Shown here: piece by piece, positions 1 to 13,190 of the stretch
Layout: each line of letters begins with the position of its first letter
Position numbering within the stretch: the stretch's first letter is position 1
Origin: Lama guanicoe
Lineage: Eukaryota
Direction: 5' to 3'
DNA: 64,000 bases
NCBI GenBank assembly: GCA_013239625.1
Contig: MU053881.1
Location: 8,889,957 to 8,953,956 of the forward strand
Position numbers and translations under genes: made by a program
The notes under the pieces: generated by a model
The model's database searches: none
Seen by the model: only the letters and a program-made list of their open reading frames with translations
Told to the model about the DNA's origin: nothing

Positions 1-129
1 CTCAAAGGCACAGCCTCTAACTGATACACATTTGTTGAATGAAAATATGACTGATAGTATCTACCGGCTGCCATTTTGCAGTTCCAACATTGTATTAAGT
101 GTTTTACATAACCCATCTCTTGTACTTTC

Positions 130-560
130 TTTTTAATTTCCACCCTCCTTTTTGTTGAAAGAAAAAGTGTCCATGGTTTAAAGAATCAAATTGTTGTACA
201 ATGTTTGCTTCAAAAATAGCAATCCTTTTCCATCACCACCAGTTTCTTCTTTCCCAGAGGCAACTGCTTTTACCTTTTTTTTTTTTTTTTGAGCTGATGA
301 TTTTGGTATTTATCTCCAGGTCTATGAATAACATGCTTTGCGCTATTTCTTGCATTTTCAATTTTAGGCATTATCTGGTAACTTCTCACTAGAAAAATGC
401 AGATCTCGGCTTTTTCCTCTACCTGCCCTGTCTACATAGGTACTTCTCCATCTGTCTCTTCATCATGTAATGCTTCCATCATTATTTAATGTTTAGGTGC
501 TGAGCCATGTAGGAAATGATAACTATTTTTTTTATTTCTTGAACATATTTTTTTTTTTGG
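130..560 (-). mobile_element. Old L1 (L1ME-like) 3' UTR fragment
   Basis: T-rich tract with 'ttcccagaggcaactgcttt', which resembles L1ME 3' UTR motifs read antisense; highly diverged, boundaries approximate. Confidence 0.4.
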
Positions 561-599
561 AGCTATCTTTTAAAAATTTACTCAAATTTTTATCTACGT

Positions 600-1382
600 G
601 TCATGCTAGAGATGGAGTTCTTTGGGTCAAATTCTTGTTGTACTACTTTTTCACTATGTATCCTTGGGCAAGTTACTTAACCTTTCTGTGCCAGTTTTCC
701 CATCTGTGAAACAGAACAATCATTACCAACCCACAGCAGGATGGCATCGACGTCCTCCCGCCACAACACGGCCAGGAACATACTGAGGTCGAAGTTGGGC
801 TTATTAACGCACTGCAAGGAGGGAGAAGACACACAGTGGGGCGCCATGCGGTGCTTCCACAGAAGGATGCTGGAAAGGGCTGTGTTCGGCGGTTTTTAGG
901 GAGGACCTAAGGAAGCAGATCCACTCTGCATTTGGTGCTGTCAGACAGAGGAGATGATACGATGATCTCAGGATATTTTATCTATAGGAAGGGCTGACTG
1001 GAAGAGGCTAACACCACAATTGGTAAAGAATGAACAGTCCCTCATTTTAGCCTGGAGAGGGGGGTGTTTTGCATTTTTGTGTTTGGGATAGTGACCGTCT
1101 TTCTGCCTGTGTGCAGACAAGATCATACAGTGGTCCTGCTTTCACTGTATCTCACGACAGACTGGCCGTGATGAATGCTGGTGTTCTGTAGGATCAGTAA
1201 GGTTCAAGAGGAGAGCCCCGTGACCTGGCCGGGAACGCCAGGCCAGCTCCTGACCGCCCCTGCGCCTAGATGTCAGCGTCAGGGCTGTCCTCATTGGGAA
1301 GGAGGAGTCAATGAGCCGCCATCTGTAAAAATCACTCACACAATGGCTGCCAGAGAGTAAGCCCTTAAAAGTGTTTGTTATG
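600..1382 (+). mobile_element. MIR SINE split in two (600-744 and 1294-1382) by an LTR insertion
   Basis: MIR core 'ccttgggcaagttacttaacctttctgtgccagttttcccatctgtgaaac' before 744; MIR 3' half ('aatgag...gtaaaa...cacaatggctgccagagagtaagccc') resumes after 1293. Confidence 0.75.
745..1293 (-). mobile_element. ERV1-class solo LTR (MER89/MER90-like)
   Basis: Minus strand begins TG ('tgaggacagccctgac...caggagctggcctggc'), has a polyA-signal-like 'taataagcccaactt' near its end, and near-matching 4-bp flanks atgg (741-744)/ttgg (1294-1297); subfamily name from memory. Confidence 0.7.
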
Positions 1383-1383
1383 A

Positions 1384-2905
1384 CACTAAAAGCACAGGCC
1401 ACAAAAGAAAAAAATAGGTAAGCTGGACAACGTCAAAATTAAAACTTTTGCATAACAAGGGACACTCGAGAGAGTGCAAAGGCAGCCTCCAGGATGCGAG
1501 AAAATATTTGCAAATCGCATTTCGAATAAGTGATTGGTATCCAGAGTAGAGGCACACCTCAGAGATACGGTGGGTTCAGTTCCAGACCACCAAAATGAGG
1601 CTAAAATTGCAGTAAAGCCAGCCACGTGACTTCTTTTTGTTTCCCGGTGCATTAAAGTCATGGTTATGCTACACTGTTGTCTATGAATAGTATTATATCT
1701 AAAAAATAATGTACAAACCCAATTAAAAATACTTCATTGCTAAAACATGCTATCATTTGAGCTTTAGCAAGTCAAACTAGTAACAGCAAAGATCACTGAT
1801 CAGAGATGACCATATCAAATATAGTAATAATGAAAAACTCCGAAATATTGCAAGAATTACAAACTGTGACACAGAGTCGCAAAGTGAGGAGACGCTGTTG
1901 GAAACATGGCACCAACAGACTTGCTTGATGCAGGGTTGCTGCAAACCTTCAATCTGTAAAAAACATAATATTCTGTGAAGTGAGTAGAGCACAGCACAAT
2001 AGGATGAGACGTGCACGTATAATGAAAAACAAACTACAACTCAACAACAACCAGACAACCTGGTTAAAAAGCGGGCGAAGAATCTGAATACACATTTCTC
2101 CAAAGAAGATGTACAAGTGGCCGGTAAGTGCGCGAAAAGATGCTCAACATCACCGATCATTAGGTAAATGCAAGTCAAAACCACTTCACAGGCATTATGA
2201 CGGCCATCATTTAAAAAAAACACAGAAGATAACAAGTGTCAGCAGGATGGAGAGAAACTGTAACCCTTGTGTGTTGCTGGTGGGGATGGAAAGTGGTGTG
2301 GCCACTGTGGAAAATGGACTGGCACGTCCTTAAAAAATTAAACACAGAATCACTCTATGATTCACGGACTGCACGTGTGGGTATTCACCCAGCAGAAGCC
2401 ATCGCAGGCGCTCAGACTGGTACCCTCATGGCCGTCGCAGCATTAGTCACAATAGCCCAAAGGTGGGGACGAGCCCAGTGTCTGGTGACTGCTGAATGAA
2501 CACATACAACGTGCTATGTTGATGCAGAATATTATTTGGGCTTACACAAAGGGAGGAACTTCTGATGCAGGCCACAGCGTGGATGAATCTTGTCGTTACA
2601 CAAAGTGAAGTAAGCCGGTCACAAAAAAGACACACCTCGTGTGACTCCACTTACAGGAGGTAAGTCGTCAACTTCGCAGAATGGTGGTTGCAAGGAAGGG
2701 AGCAGGGGGAATGGGGAGTTCGTGTTTAATGGGTGGAGAGTTTGTGGTGGGGAACAGGAGAATGTTCTGGAGATGGACGGTGGCCACAGGTGAACAACAA
2801 TGTGCAAGTATTTTATGCCAGAGAATGGTCCACTTAAAAATGGTAAGAATATTACATTTCCTGTTACGTATATTTCACCACAGCATATTTGCTCAAGCGA
2901 AAAAA
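1384..2905 (+). mobile_element. L1MB-like LINE-1 3' fragment (end of ORF2 plus 3' UTR), interrupted by a Tigger1 derivative
   Basis: ORF 2236-2499 gives TLVCCWWGWKVVWPLWKMDWHVLKKLNTESLYDS, matching the L1 ORF2 C-terminal motif (HCWWECKLVQPLWK...LKKL); L1MB-type 3' UTR 'cacttaaaaatggtaag...tatatttcaccac'. Confidence 0.9.
1549..2017 (-). mobile_element. Tigger1 (TcMar) internally deleted non-autonomous DNA transposon
   Basis: Ends resemble the Tigger1 TIR CAGGCATACCTC; TA at 1547-1548 and 2018-2019 (TcMar TSD); internal 'ggttcagttccagaccacc' and 'gcagggttgctgcaaaccttcaat'. Confidence 0.9.
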
Positions 2906-2964
2906 TGAATAATACCAAACCTGATCTCTGTCCCATCGAAATCTCCTTTTAGCAGATTTAGGCG

Positions 2965-3146
2965 CATCAGGATGTCCTTTAATATTCGTAACAACTTTGG
3001 GAGCTGTAGACTTTGATCACTGTTTTACAGATTTAAAAAAAAAAATGAGGCACAGACTAAGTCAGCCACCCACGATGACAGTGTTAGAAAGTGGCTGAGC
3101 TATGAGTTGAATCCAGGGAGCACAGACTTCAGATTCTGTGCTTTTA
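2965..3146 (-). mobile_element. MIR SINE
   Basis: 'ttttacagat...aatgaggcacaga...agtggctgagctatgagttgaatccagg' is the antisense MIR core. Confidence 0.7.
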
Positions 3147-3698
3147 AGAATACACTCATTCTCAATCATTATTTTTGGGAGGGGGTCTAAGAGATTTACC
3201 AGGGGCTTGGGCTGTAACTTCCATCGAAACTGCCCATTGGTAAAAGAAATCTACTTCTTTATTCAATAGAGCATTGAGGCATATCTAGTAAGGGACCACA
3301 GTTTTAAATGGTTATTTAGTATTATGCAAGAAGCTAGGTAGAGTTAAATGTGGTCTTTAAGAAAAATTGGGAGAAGCTGAAGTTCTGGGTAAAAATTTTT
3401 AGGGCAAGGAACCGTTAAGATGTCACATATAAGCTCCTGGGACATCTTGTTATGTACCGTGAAGCCGGGGACAGAGATGGAGAGGCAGAATGTACACAGT
3501 GCGTATCGACCTTGGGAATTCGGTCAATAGCAAGATTATTTGCTGAAAAGGAACATTTCAGTGCCATATGTCACTTTCATGCTGTGTATCTCCAAAGGCA
3601 TCACCTGTCCATCGTGCCTGTGTGCTCATTTGTACCGTGGGGCAGAAGAGCGGTCCCTACCCTAGCTGGGCTGGAAATTGCTGAAAGTCCGAACTACC

Positions 3699-3729
<31 letters not shown>
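3699..3729. repeat. (TG)n microsatellite
   Basis: About 15 TG units with one interruption. Confidence 0.95.
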
Positions 3730-4189
3730 TACAAGAAGGCACAAAGGAAAAGAAGAAAAGGTCCAACCTCTATTTAGCAATGTCAAGAGGGTCCCTGCGA
3801 ACTATCAACCCCCAATTCTTGGGGTGGAAGACGGTGTTGAGGAGGCTGGGGTGAGGCTCGCCGGGAGCCCAGGTCAGTACTGGACGCACTGTGCTTCCTC
3901 TACTGGCTGGGACTGACAACAGCATTTTCAACCAAGTGTTGTAAGACCCCAAACCACGCCTCTCAACTTCCGCAGGGAAACTGTAAGGGGCTGCTTTGTG
4001 CGACTGCGTAGGTCTCAGCTTTGTCAACAGCCCAGAGGCTGGAGTGAGACCCGCACTGTGCAGGAAGAGGGGATGGGGGTGTGGTCTGTAAACACAGGGA
4101 GAGTCTGGCCCAGCTGGATGCCAGGAACTTACACACAGAGGATGTGAGAGCAAGAATGGATGCTCAGAGAGCTTTTTGGCCGGCGACCA

Positions 4190-4305
4190 ACATTGACAGG
4201 TAGGGAAACTGAGGCACAGGATTGATGACTACAGATCATGCTGTGAATCAGGGACAGAGTATAGAAAACCTACTTGTTTCAGCTTCTGCTTCAGAGCTTT
4301 CCCGT
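4190..4305 (-). mobile_element. MIR fragment
   Basis: 'gacaggtagggaaactgaggcacag' antisense MIR core. Confidence 0.55.
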
Positions 4306-4599
4306 TACGTTCATGCTTCCCAAACTTGCTGGACTGCAGGAATCGTGTGAAGGGAAGACTGAAAGTATGGCTCTTGAGCTCCTCCTGAAATGACTGACCC
4401 AGAAGCTTCAGGGATAACGTTGGGGGACACGTGTGTTTGCCAAGCAGAGGAGGTGAAGAGGAATTTGTGATGCTCCATCAGTTTTTTTTCCCAACTTCTT
4501 CAAAATTGTAACTCACACCCCTTAATGCAACGCTTTCATTGTCTTCTACGTATCTTGGTAAGCCATGCTAATAACTTGGGGGTTAACATTTAACGGGGA

Positions 4600-4810
4600 G
4601 GTGGGGAGAAAAGTCTCTGGATTTCAGAAGGTTGGGTTTGAAACACAGGTCCTTCATTTCCCAGCTTTGTGACTTCGGGCCAGTTACTTAACTTCTTTGT
4701 GCCACGGTTTTCTCATCAATAAAATGGGTATGATGGCAATCGCTGTTGCACAGGGATGTGGTGGATGTTAACAAAGTGCATGAAGTAAGGAATATAAAGT
4801 GCTTAGCGTA
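4600..4810 (+). mobile_element. MIR SINE
   Basis: 'tgtgacttcgggccagttacttaacttctttgtgccacggttttctcatcaataaaatggg...aaagtgcttagc'. Confidence 0.8.
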
Positions 4811-5469
4811 ATAGCTATGACCTCAGGCTGAAAGTCAGACCCCCCTGTGGCTCTGCATTCAGGGCAAGAGTGGGGGCTGAGCCTTGAGATGACAGCCAGG
4901 GCTTGGGCTGCGCTCCTGGTGCACCGGGAACCCCTCTGGAGGAGATGCAGCCAAACCACTGCCTGGCACCAGAAGGGGATTACGGGGAGCTCTGAACACC
5001 TCACCTCAACATCCAAGTTGATGGGGAAGAACCGCGAACCAAGCAGCTTATGCACAAAACCAATCCAATGTGGGAAAGGGAATGACATTTGGACTCAATT
5101 TGCTGACCCTCAGATCAAGAGCAAAGAATGAGATCTCTCCCAGGCAGGTACAGCCTCCGTGGGCTGTGGCTCCCGCACCCCCGACCGCCGGGCTCCCCCT
5201 GGGTCCTTTATATTGGCTTTGCCACCCCTTGCCATGATGTCTAAAAAGTGCTTTTTTCGAAACCTTCTCATTTAAAGATGAACTGCAAAGTTCTAGAGTA
5301 TCTAAAAACAGACAAAACAAAGCAAAACATAGGTAGATTGAGCATGTTTTGCAAAGTAAGTATATGCCCCCGAGCTGGGATACACTAACCTGCCTTCCTT
5401 CCCCATCTTTATCCGTCTTTTTTATTCATGTATGATGAAAAGTGGTCCATTTAGCAACTATGGAAGCCA

Positions 5470-5600
5470 TTAATTAATTCATTTATTCAATAAATACTTT
5501 TTGAGCATCTACCCTGGATCTGACACCTGGAATCCTGCAGCGGAGGGTCCTGCAGGAGAAAGTGAAGCTGAGGAGACAGAACAGCCTGCAAAGAACAGAC
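5470..5600 (-). mobile_element. L2 3' end
   Basis: 'attcatttattcaataaatactttttgagcatctac' is the antisense L2 tail. Confidence 0.6.
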
Positions 5601-6691
5601 TAAAGTTACGACACGGCACCTCAGGAGAGGTGGGAGAGACAGCCTCGCGGCGTCCAGGGACTTTGAAAAGAAAATGAGTTAGTGTTATCAGCCCAGTACC
5701 ATCATCAATGTGCATAATAACTGCTGTGAGCTATTCAGGAAATCCTACGCTAAATTAAATTACACTGGGCATAATCTGTTTAGGGAGGCAAGAAAATTTA
5801 TAACATATTAGAGGAAAAACCCTTCCCCAAACCTAAAGTACATAAAGGGAAGGCATTTCATTAACTTAAAAGAAGTTCTGTGCACAGGTCCCCACCTCCT
5901 CGCTTCTTCCGCATCCCAAATCCGGCCCCGTGGATGGTGGGAGGGGGCCCGTGACTGAGGCTGTCTCGGCGCAGTGCCTTAGTCTTTGCCACAGAATATC
6001 AATTGTAACCTCTCAACAGCTGTCAAGGCAAATTTGCAACAAAGAACACCTGCTGTTCAGGTTGTGGGTGGAGATGATAATCTCAAGGTTAGCGAATTCC
6101 CATAAACATGTAGTTATGGGCAGTGATATTTAAGGTCTGTTGTGTATGAGACAGTTGACATGATCCTTTATAGAACTAAGGTTTACCTATGGATCAAGTC
6201 AAGTTTGCCCTTGGGCTGTGCAATTTTTGGACATTAGTAGAACTGCTTTTTAACCAAAAATGTTTCCCATGACTTTCGTGAAGGGAGGTTCTCAGAAATT
6301 TTAACAGGATATTCTTCAGCATGTGCATTACAGCAGGTTACAGAGAATCAGTCATGCAGAATGCACACACTGCTTTCTTTAAGAGGGGTTGATTTCTGGC
6401 TTCCCTATGAGGAATCACAGAATTTCCCTGAAGCAGTCCATTGATTTGTTGTGTATCTTAGATGTTGTGAATCTTGGTCTTCCGCTTTTTGCTTTGGCTT
6501 CTAGGAAGCTCAGAATTGAGTTTTCTGTCTGTCTTAAATAATGGAATAGGACTTTATGTACATGAGCCAGTATGTGTGCTTTCCCTCCTAGATTTTTCCT
6601 TTACCCTTACTGTGTCATCTAATGATAGCTGTCCAGTCCTTTTAAGAAATTGTTATAAGCTGTCACAAATTATAGGGAAGATGTAAGAAAA

Positions 6692-6739
6692 GGAATGAAT
6701 GAAGAGATGGCTGAATGAATGAATGAATGAATGAATGAA
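6692..6739 (+). repeat. (GAAT)n simple repeat, probably an L2 tail
   Basis: Repeated gaat units. Confidence 0.8.
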
Positions 6740-8159
6740 GGAGTGAACCTTTTTGCTTTATGATGCCAGATAAAGAAGGCAATTCTTAAATTAGCTAGGC
6801 AACTGAACTCTTGAACCCTCTAGGGAACCAGAGGCTTGCAGAGTTTGATGTATTATGTTCTTTAGAACTGACCAAGGCATTGCTTTTTAAATATGGGCTG
6901 GGCACCTTCAATGTGCTTATTAGTTAATAACTCTCCAGCAAGGACAGCTCCTTTGCCTCGCAGAACCTAGGACCGACAGAAAGGGTCCTTGGTTACATTT
7001 CTCCTTAATCGTTTGACGTTACAAATGAGTCTTCTAAACCTCCTTATTTAGACTTTCAAGAAAATTAAAACTCAACCTTTCTCAACCTCTTATAGAGGAG
7101 AAGGTAAACCAATGCTTTTAGATTATAATGTGGCTGCCCACGTGTTTTCTGACTCACATGCGCATAGCAAACTGCAAATCCCATTCTGATTTGGAAGTTA
7201 GTCTTATTCTTCCACCTGCGGGAGCCTTCATTATGTTGCCACCGGGATCCAGATTTTTTTTTTCCCCAAATGAGTTATTTCAGAGGATTTGAAATGACGC
7301 TGCTGTATACAAGAACCATCTCTGGAGCTGACCCGCCCTGGCAGGTGAGAAAACAGGATGAGCCACTTGCCGGAGCTAGGCTCTCTGGAAGAACATGCTT
7401 GAGGGGAAGGGAAATGCTATTCTGCTGAGCATCCGTCTAGCTGTACCTGGGTATCTGCACGACTGGCATAGATTGAAGGTTAGAGCAGTCTGGCCCCAAG
7501 GATGCCAAGGTTTTAGAACCGTCCGCTAAAGAATGCACTGCAGTCATAGAAAATAATGACAGTGAAGCCGTAACGGCGAAGGTTTGTTGTTGCTTTGAGG
7601 AGGGTTTTCATGTTGTCAAAAACGTTTCAGTTGTGTAGTTTTACGTCCAGTTTGTCTCTTCAGAGCAGAGGCTCTTTCAGCGGGAAATGAGCGCAGCGAT
7701 TTTCTTAACCGTGGGCTTTACTAACGTCAAGTCACAACAGCAACCGTGAGACGACAGCGGGAAATAAGGCTTTACTGTCACGTAGGGGCTGAATGTGCTG
7801 GAAGGGGTTTTATTTCACCTGAGAAAGAGGCAAAGACCAAACTAGTGCCAGATCTTCAAAGCACAAGGTCATTGCCAGGAGACTGACTTAAACAAAAAAA
7901 AATCTGTATTATTAACCAGCTACACGGAACACAACCCAATCAATCACGTGGTTGCTTTGTCTGTGGCTTGACACCTACCGAAAAATACCAGCCCCTTTCA
8001 GAAGACTCAATCCAGGATACCCAGGCACAGCTCTACATTTTGCCTCTTCTGTGTCAAACTCTATTTTCAAGCCTTTATGTCAAATTTAAATTCACGGCGA
8101 CTGCATTCAGATCTTGATAGAATCCCCAATTTGCCCTGGACCCCACATCCATCCCACAG

Positions 8160-8202
8160 CACGCACACACACACACAAACACACGTACGTGAGCACACAC
8201 AT
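8160..8202. repeat. Imperfect (CA)n
   Basis: Alternating purine-pyrimidine tract. Confidence 0.8.
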
Positions 8203-8989
8203 ATTCGAATTTGATTTGTGCTCGTTTCAGTGCTAAGCCAGAGCCAAGAATTTTCAATGGCTGCCCGCTGGCCAGATCTTTAACCAGTTCTCAGAGAAGT
8301 AACTCCCCTGAAAACAAGGATATGGCACGTGTGGGTCCTCACCTCTCAGGGGAAGAGATTTTATCAGCATAGCTCTTACGTGGGATGAAAATGGACCCTC
8401 AACTCTTCCGTGGTATTTCCCCCTGTTACTGAAGCGTCAATTGCTATCAGTCTTAAGTGAGCTGAACAAATTGGCATGAGTGATGAAAAATGGCTAAGTC
8501 TGACTCTGAGTACCACATCTGTTGTGTCCACCCAAATGAGGTCTCGATTAGGCAGAAAATCAACAGAAATACCCTATCAGCAACTTACCATCTCATACAA
8601 CATCCAAAAGAAAAAAGAAATCACTTGTGACGTTACCACTAAGAAAACGTTCTAGCCAGCCCTGAGATACGAACTGACCTCTTTCATGGAAATCATCTCG
8701 GCTCGGGTATACACCTACGCATAAAAGGATATAGTTTTTAAAAGCTCATTTTCTTGCTAATAATTGTCCGTTTTTTAAAAAGCTATCAGCAGGTGCACCT
8801 CATTTCAAAAGCCTCTTGTCCTTCATAATACGATATTCATCACGATTACATAGTATGAAATAAAAAGCAGCAAAACATAAGCGAGGATCGTTCAATTAAA
8901 GGCAACATAATCTCTGCAGGAAAAAAAAAGGTTCTGTAGCTAAAATCAGGCTCCGAGGAAAGAAAAAAGGGAATATATTTCCACATATT

Positions 8990-9365
8990 TTTAATTATAT
9001 AGAATTTCCTCAAACATGATTTTTCATAATATATTCCATTAAGTTAACATCATATTTGAAAGAAAGAGCATTTTCCGATTTCATTTTAAGCCTGATTTTG
9101 AGCAATTACAGTGTCATTGTTCCGCGGTAGAAAGGTTGAATTCATTTACTGTGTGGTTATGCTGGTTGTGATTGATGTCTCTTCTCCAAATGATAAACCA
9201 ATCACCCCAATGATGTAATGTCATTTTAAGAGTGCCATAATCACATTTCTCTCAAACTAGAAGCTCTGATGAGTTCTAATAAAGATTTATGGTAGATTAA
9301 AGGCCTTCATAATATCAACAATGGATTGCTCATTTGATGAGAGATTTGATTAGGTAATTTTTTTT
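8990..9365. promoter_or_regulatory. Putative conserved non-coding enhancer-like block
   Basis: Repeat-free and AT-rich, with TGATTGAT (9169-9176), AGATTTATGG (9283-9292), TGTCA and several TAAT cores; conservation not tested. Confidence 0.4.
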
Positions 9366-10489
9366 TTGGAAAAAGAATATGAGTTTACTAAATATATCAG
9401 GCCTGGCTTTGAAGAAGGGCATAGGCCATCAGAAGTAGCAGTCCATCGTTCCAGCTCTGGAATGAATCATCTTAAATGTATTTAGGAAGTCCTTTCCAAT
9501 TGTAGAGGCTGGGGCCATTGGTGGCATACACTCACAGACGGAGCCAAAACACCATCTCATCAAGGAACGCTCTCGGCATGGAAAGCGCTGGGTTGCCTTT
9601 GATAGGATATGCTAATGGACACCACGAGTGGCCAAAAGACAACTCCAAGGCCTTTGGGTCGAGAGCGATTAATTTTCGCAAACGGCTCTCCTTGGGCCAC
9701 GGGTACTTAACCATAGAGATGGAACCATCTTGTGTTCGTATGTTTTATGAATACATCGCCAACAGCAGGAAGTCGAAGTAAGGTAGAGTGAGGGCTGGGC
9801 CTGGGGCAATCCCATCTAAGACTGAGAGATTTGTAGCCGAGGCAGCTGCCACAAAATCCTCAGAAGAGGGATGGAATTTCCTCAAACGTGATTCGCTCTG
9901 CGAATGTGAAAACCGCCGTGAGAACTAGAGATACGGAGGCCGTGTTTATCCCGGTTCCACGTGATCAGCTTGTTACATCCAAGTGAATGGGGATGAGTAG
10001 AGGGTTAGAGGAGAGGTCACCCCCACCCCTCAACACTTTGGACTTGGCAAGACATTCAGTATTCATGTCAAGGGAACACATTTGAATTGCAAAATCATCT
10101 AAACAAGCGAGGAAGGAAAAGCCAGAGGCCAAGCATCCAAAAAACAAGAGATCTGAGATGCACACAAATCGAACACGCGAGGGTATCGAGGGAGCCACGG
10201 CTCGGACCAGAACTGCCGTCATACAAAGTGCAGTGCTCCTTTGTCCCTCTGCACTTCACCTCGGAGACCTGCATGCTCTCACGTGCAGCAGTGGGCAAAT
10301 TCCTTCCACTGAAGGGGCCCCAAACCCTGTTCAGCAAAACCTCTTTGGGAACCATGACCTTCCACAAATGTATCCCGGAACTCCAGTGCCACAGAACGAC
10401 CAACGCCCTCGGCCTCGGTGCTTCCCACACCACCTTCTCCCCAGCCCTGGTTTCCGAGTTGTCATTTTGCAGGAGACTCCAGAACATTG

Positions 10490-10527
10490 CACACACACAC
10501 ACACACACACACACCCCACCACACACA
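10490..10527. repeat. (CA)n microsatellite
   Basis: Direct observation. Confidence 0.9.
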
Positions 10528-11049
10528 TGCAGACGCCACAGGTTCCTTACCACTGCTGGAGGCTTGCTGGGGCCCTGAGCATGCTCTGAGCAGGTATGAA
10601 TTGGGGGAGAATTCCTCATCAGGGTTGGTGTCCATGATTTGATGGGAGGTGTTGCTGTCTAGCAATGGCATCTGGCAGCTAACTGGTGGAGGATTATGAG
10701 AGCTAGGCAGCTGAGCAGATGGGAGGAGGCTAGACGAGGATGTAGGTGGGATGGGACGACCTGGGAAAGAGGACAGAGGGGTCAGAGGTCAGCAATGAGT
10801 GTCATGAGAGCATCCAGAGAAAGTTACATTGAAACCACTTTACAATACAAATATCCAAAAAAAAAAAAAAAACCAAACCCCAGAAATGCTCCAGATGTAT
10901 TTTTTCAAGTGGTTTGCTGTTTCTCCAAATGTCCAAATTCATACAACAGTTGTTATGTATTTCAGAAAAATGGGCACGCGCCGAAGTATCCACCCACACA
11001 GCTGGAACGGACGCAGTCAGGACAACACCCACTTCTTTCCGTCTCTCCT

Positions 11050-11680
11050 ACAACGGTCCTCATCAAACTGTGCGTCATCGCTCACTGGACCGTCTCCTCG
11101 CTGCTCTCCCTGCTTCCACTCTTGCCACACACCCATCTAGTCCCCGTCGTCCCCCTCCCTTCTCTACAGCAGCCAGAACACTATTTTAATGATAGAAATT
11201 AGGTCACATCACTCTCCTGCTTGGCCCCACGGCCGGTAGAGAGAGACCCAAAGTCCTTATGGTGCCTGGCAAGCCTTGCCCACTCTGGCGCCAGGTGCCT
11301 CTCCCACATCCCCTCTGCTAGTGGCCCTGCCTACTCTCCCCCTGGCTCCTTGCTCTCCAGCCAACATGCCCATCCTTGTTTCTGCCGCTTGCACCTGCCA
11401 CACCACTCTGTCTTCAGACTCTCACACCTCCTGCCCCGTCCACCTTAGAACATTCTCCCCCATCTGCCGCCTCGCTGATATTCACAAGCCTGCTTCTGTT
11501 CTTCATTCAAGCCTTTGCTGCCTTCCTCCTGAAAACTGCCCACCCACCTGCCCTGCCCTGTTAGCCTGTTAAAATTGCTTCGTAGCCCCTAGGACTATCT
11601 CAAGGTGGACACGTGTCTATTTCACTCACCCTAGGAGCCTCAGTATCTCCCTGATAAATCGCACCTGTTGAATGACTCAA
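11050..11680 (+). mobile_element. L2 LINE 3' fragment
   Basis: 'ctacagcagccagaacactattttaa...ggtcacatcactctcctgctt...cccaaagtcctt', pyrimidine-rich L2 body ending in 'gttgaatga'. Confidence 0.75.
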
Positions 11681-12359
11681 CCACTAAACCAGGTAGACCC
11701 AAACCAAATGAACCAGTCTGGGACAGAAACGGAGGTGAGGCAGAGAGGGCGACATACTTGCATCTCCAAGAACTGGCCTGTGCCACCACCCTCTCCACCA
11801 TGCGTTTTTTTTCTGGACATCACAGGAGGAATTCCCTCAAAGACAAGGACAGCCACATGAGGCCATGGGGAGGGCAGCGACTTGGAGCTGGCCTTGGAGC
11901 AAGAAGTTCTCCTCCCACACAGAAGGCAGCTGCAACCTCTCTTTTCCCGTGGCAGGGAACTCCTGGCAGCCGAATTGCTGAGTGCAGATAACTGGCTGTG
12001 TAGTTTCACCTGACTCACTCTTGTATCTCGGGGTTCTTGCAATTGCTTGCCTGCTGGTTTGTTCATTTGGGAAGCTCAGAAAAATGAGCCAAGAGTAGCA
12101 ACCCAGGGGATGTGCCCTAAATCCATCGGGGGGTGTGGAGGGAAGGGTAAGGTATTCAGAAAGCAAACTCAAGAATCAGGTTAGAGTTTCAACTTAGGCA
12201 AAAAGTGCCCGAGGCACAAGAAATCTGTTTTTCCTGCTTTTAGACGTAGTACGTGTCTGGAGGCATTTTCTGGCACCTCAAATGGAGATCAGTATTTGTC
12301 ATCGCTTTTATCACTGTATTTGCTGAGCAATTCTCCAGTGCATTAAATGCTACTGATAG

Positions 12360-12760
12360 ATCATTTCGGTCCAATAAAATGTCTGAGTGCCTCCTAAAAG
12401 CACCCTGCTAGACAGTGAGGATACAAAAAGAAGCAAGACTTCATCCCTGCCCTCAGAGAGCCCACAGTCTAGTCGGGGAGGCAGACAGCACAATGCGTCA
12501 TTTCAGTACTGCGTGGTAAAGAGCAGGACGGTAGCACCCAGGACGTGGTTCTGCGGGGGCCCCAGAAAAGGGACGCCTGGCTCATCCTGGCCAGGCAGAG
12601 GCAGGGGTGGAGGGCCAAACAAGGACTTCCTGAGAAGGGTGATGCCTGATCGATCTTTGAAAGAAGAGGAAAGGGACTCTTGGTGAGAGGAAGCATGATG
12701 AAAGATCGGTGGGGTGGGTGATGGTGGGCGTGGCAGAAAGAGACAGGAGATGAGGTGTCC
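12360..12760 (-). mobile_element. L2 LINE 3' fragment
   Basis: 'ctgagtgcctccta...gaggatacaaaaagaagcaagacttcatccctgccctcagagagcccacagtctagtcggggaggcagaca...ggacttcctgagaagggtgatgcctga'. Confidence 0.85.
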
Positions 12761-13034
12761 TTGAAGCTGCAATGTTAGGGGCTGCTGCCCAAGGTCACAG
12801 GTAAAGAAGAGTCATCCTCGACACAGAGCAATGGATAAATGGAGCTTGATCTGAAAAACACAGATCATTCTTTAAAATGTCAGGAGCCACATAAGGCACA
12901 ATCTTGCTGGATGCTCTAGCATTGGTAGACCGACTACTTCAGAGTGTCATCAGCATCAGTGCTCACACCTAATCCATACCTTCTCCCCTAAGTCTTCCTC
13001 TAATAACAACACTGTCATCCCTGTGACTGTTTTA

Positions 13035-13190
13035 ACTGCTCACGTTTTTGCACGATGACTCACTGCCGCTCACAGTGCCAGTCACTGCACATACATTATC
13101 TCATTGAATTCTGAAAACAATCCTATGAGGTTAGAATGCTTATAATTCCCATTTGTTTTTAGATGAGGAAACTGAGGCATGGAGCACGGT
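13035..13190 (-). mobile_element. MIR SINE
   Basis: 'acattatctcattgaattctgaaaacaatcctatgagg...agatgaggaaactgaggca'. Confidence 0.85.

Noticed and set aside
2109..2499. ORFs resembling a real protein
   Set aside because: Frameshifted remnants of L1 ORF2, not a host gene.
9380..10640. Cluster of overlapping ORFs (up to 174 aa) in non-repeat DNA; considered as a retroviral/Gypsy or pseudogene remnant
   Set aside because: Translated frames show no RT, RNase H, integrase or cellular protein motif I can recognise; several run through a (CA)n.
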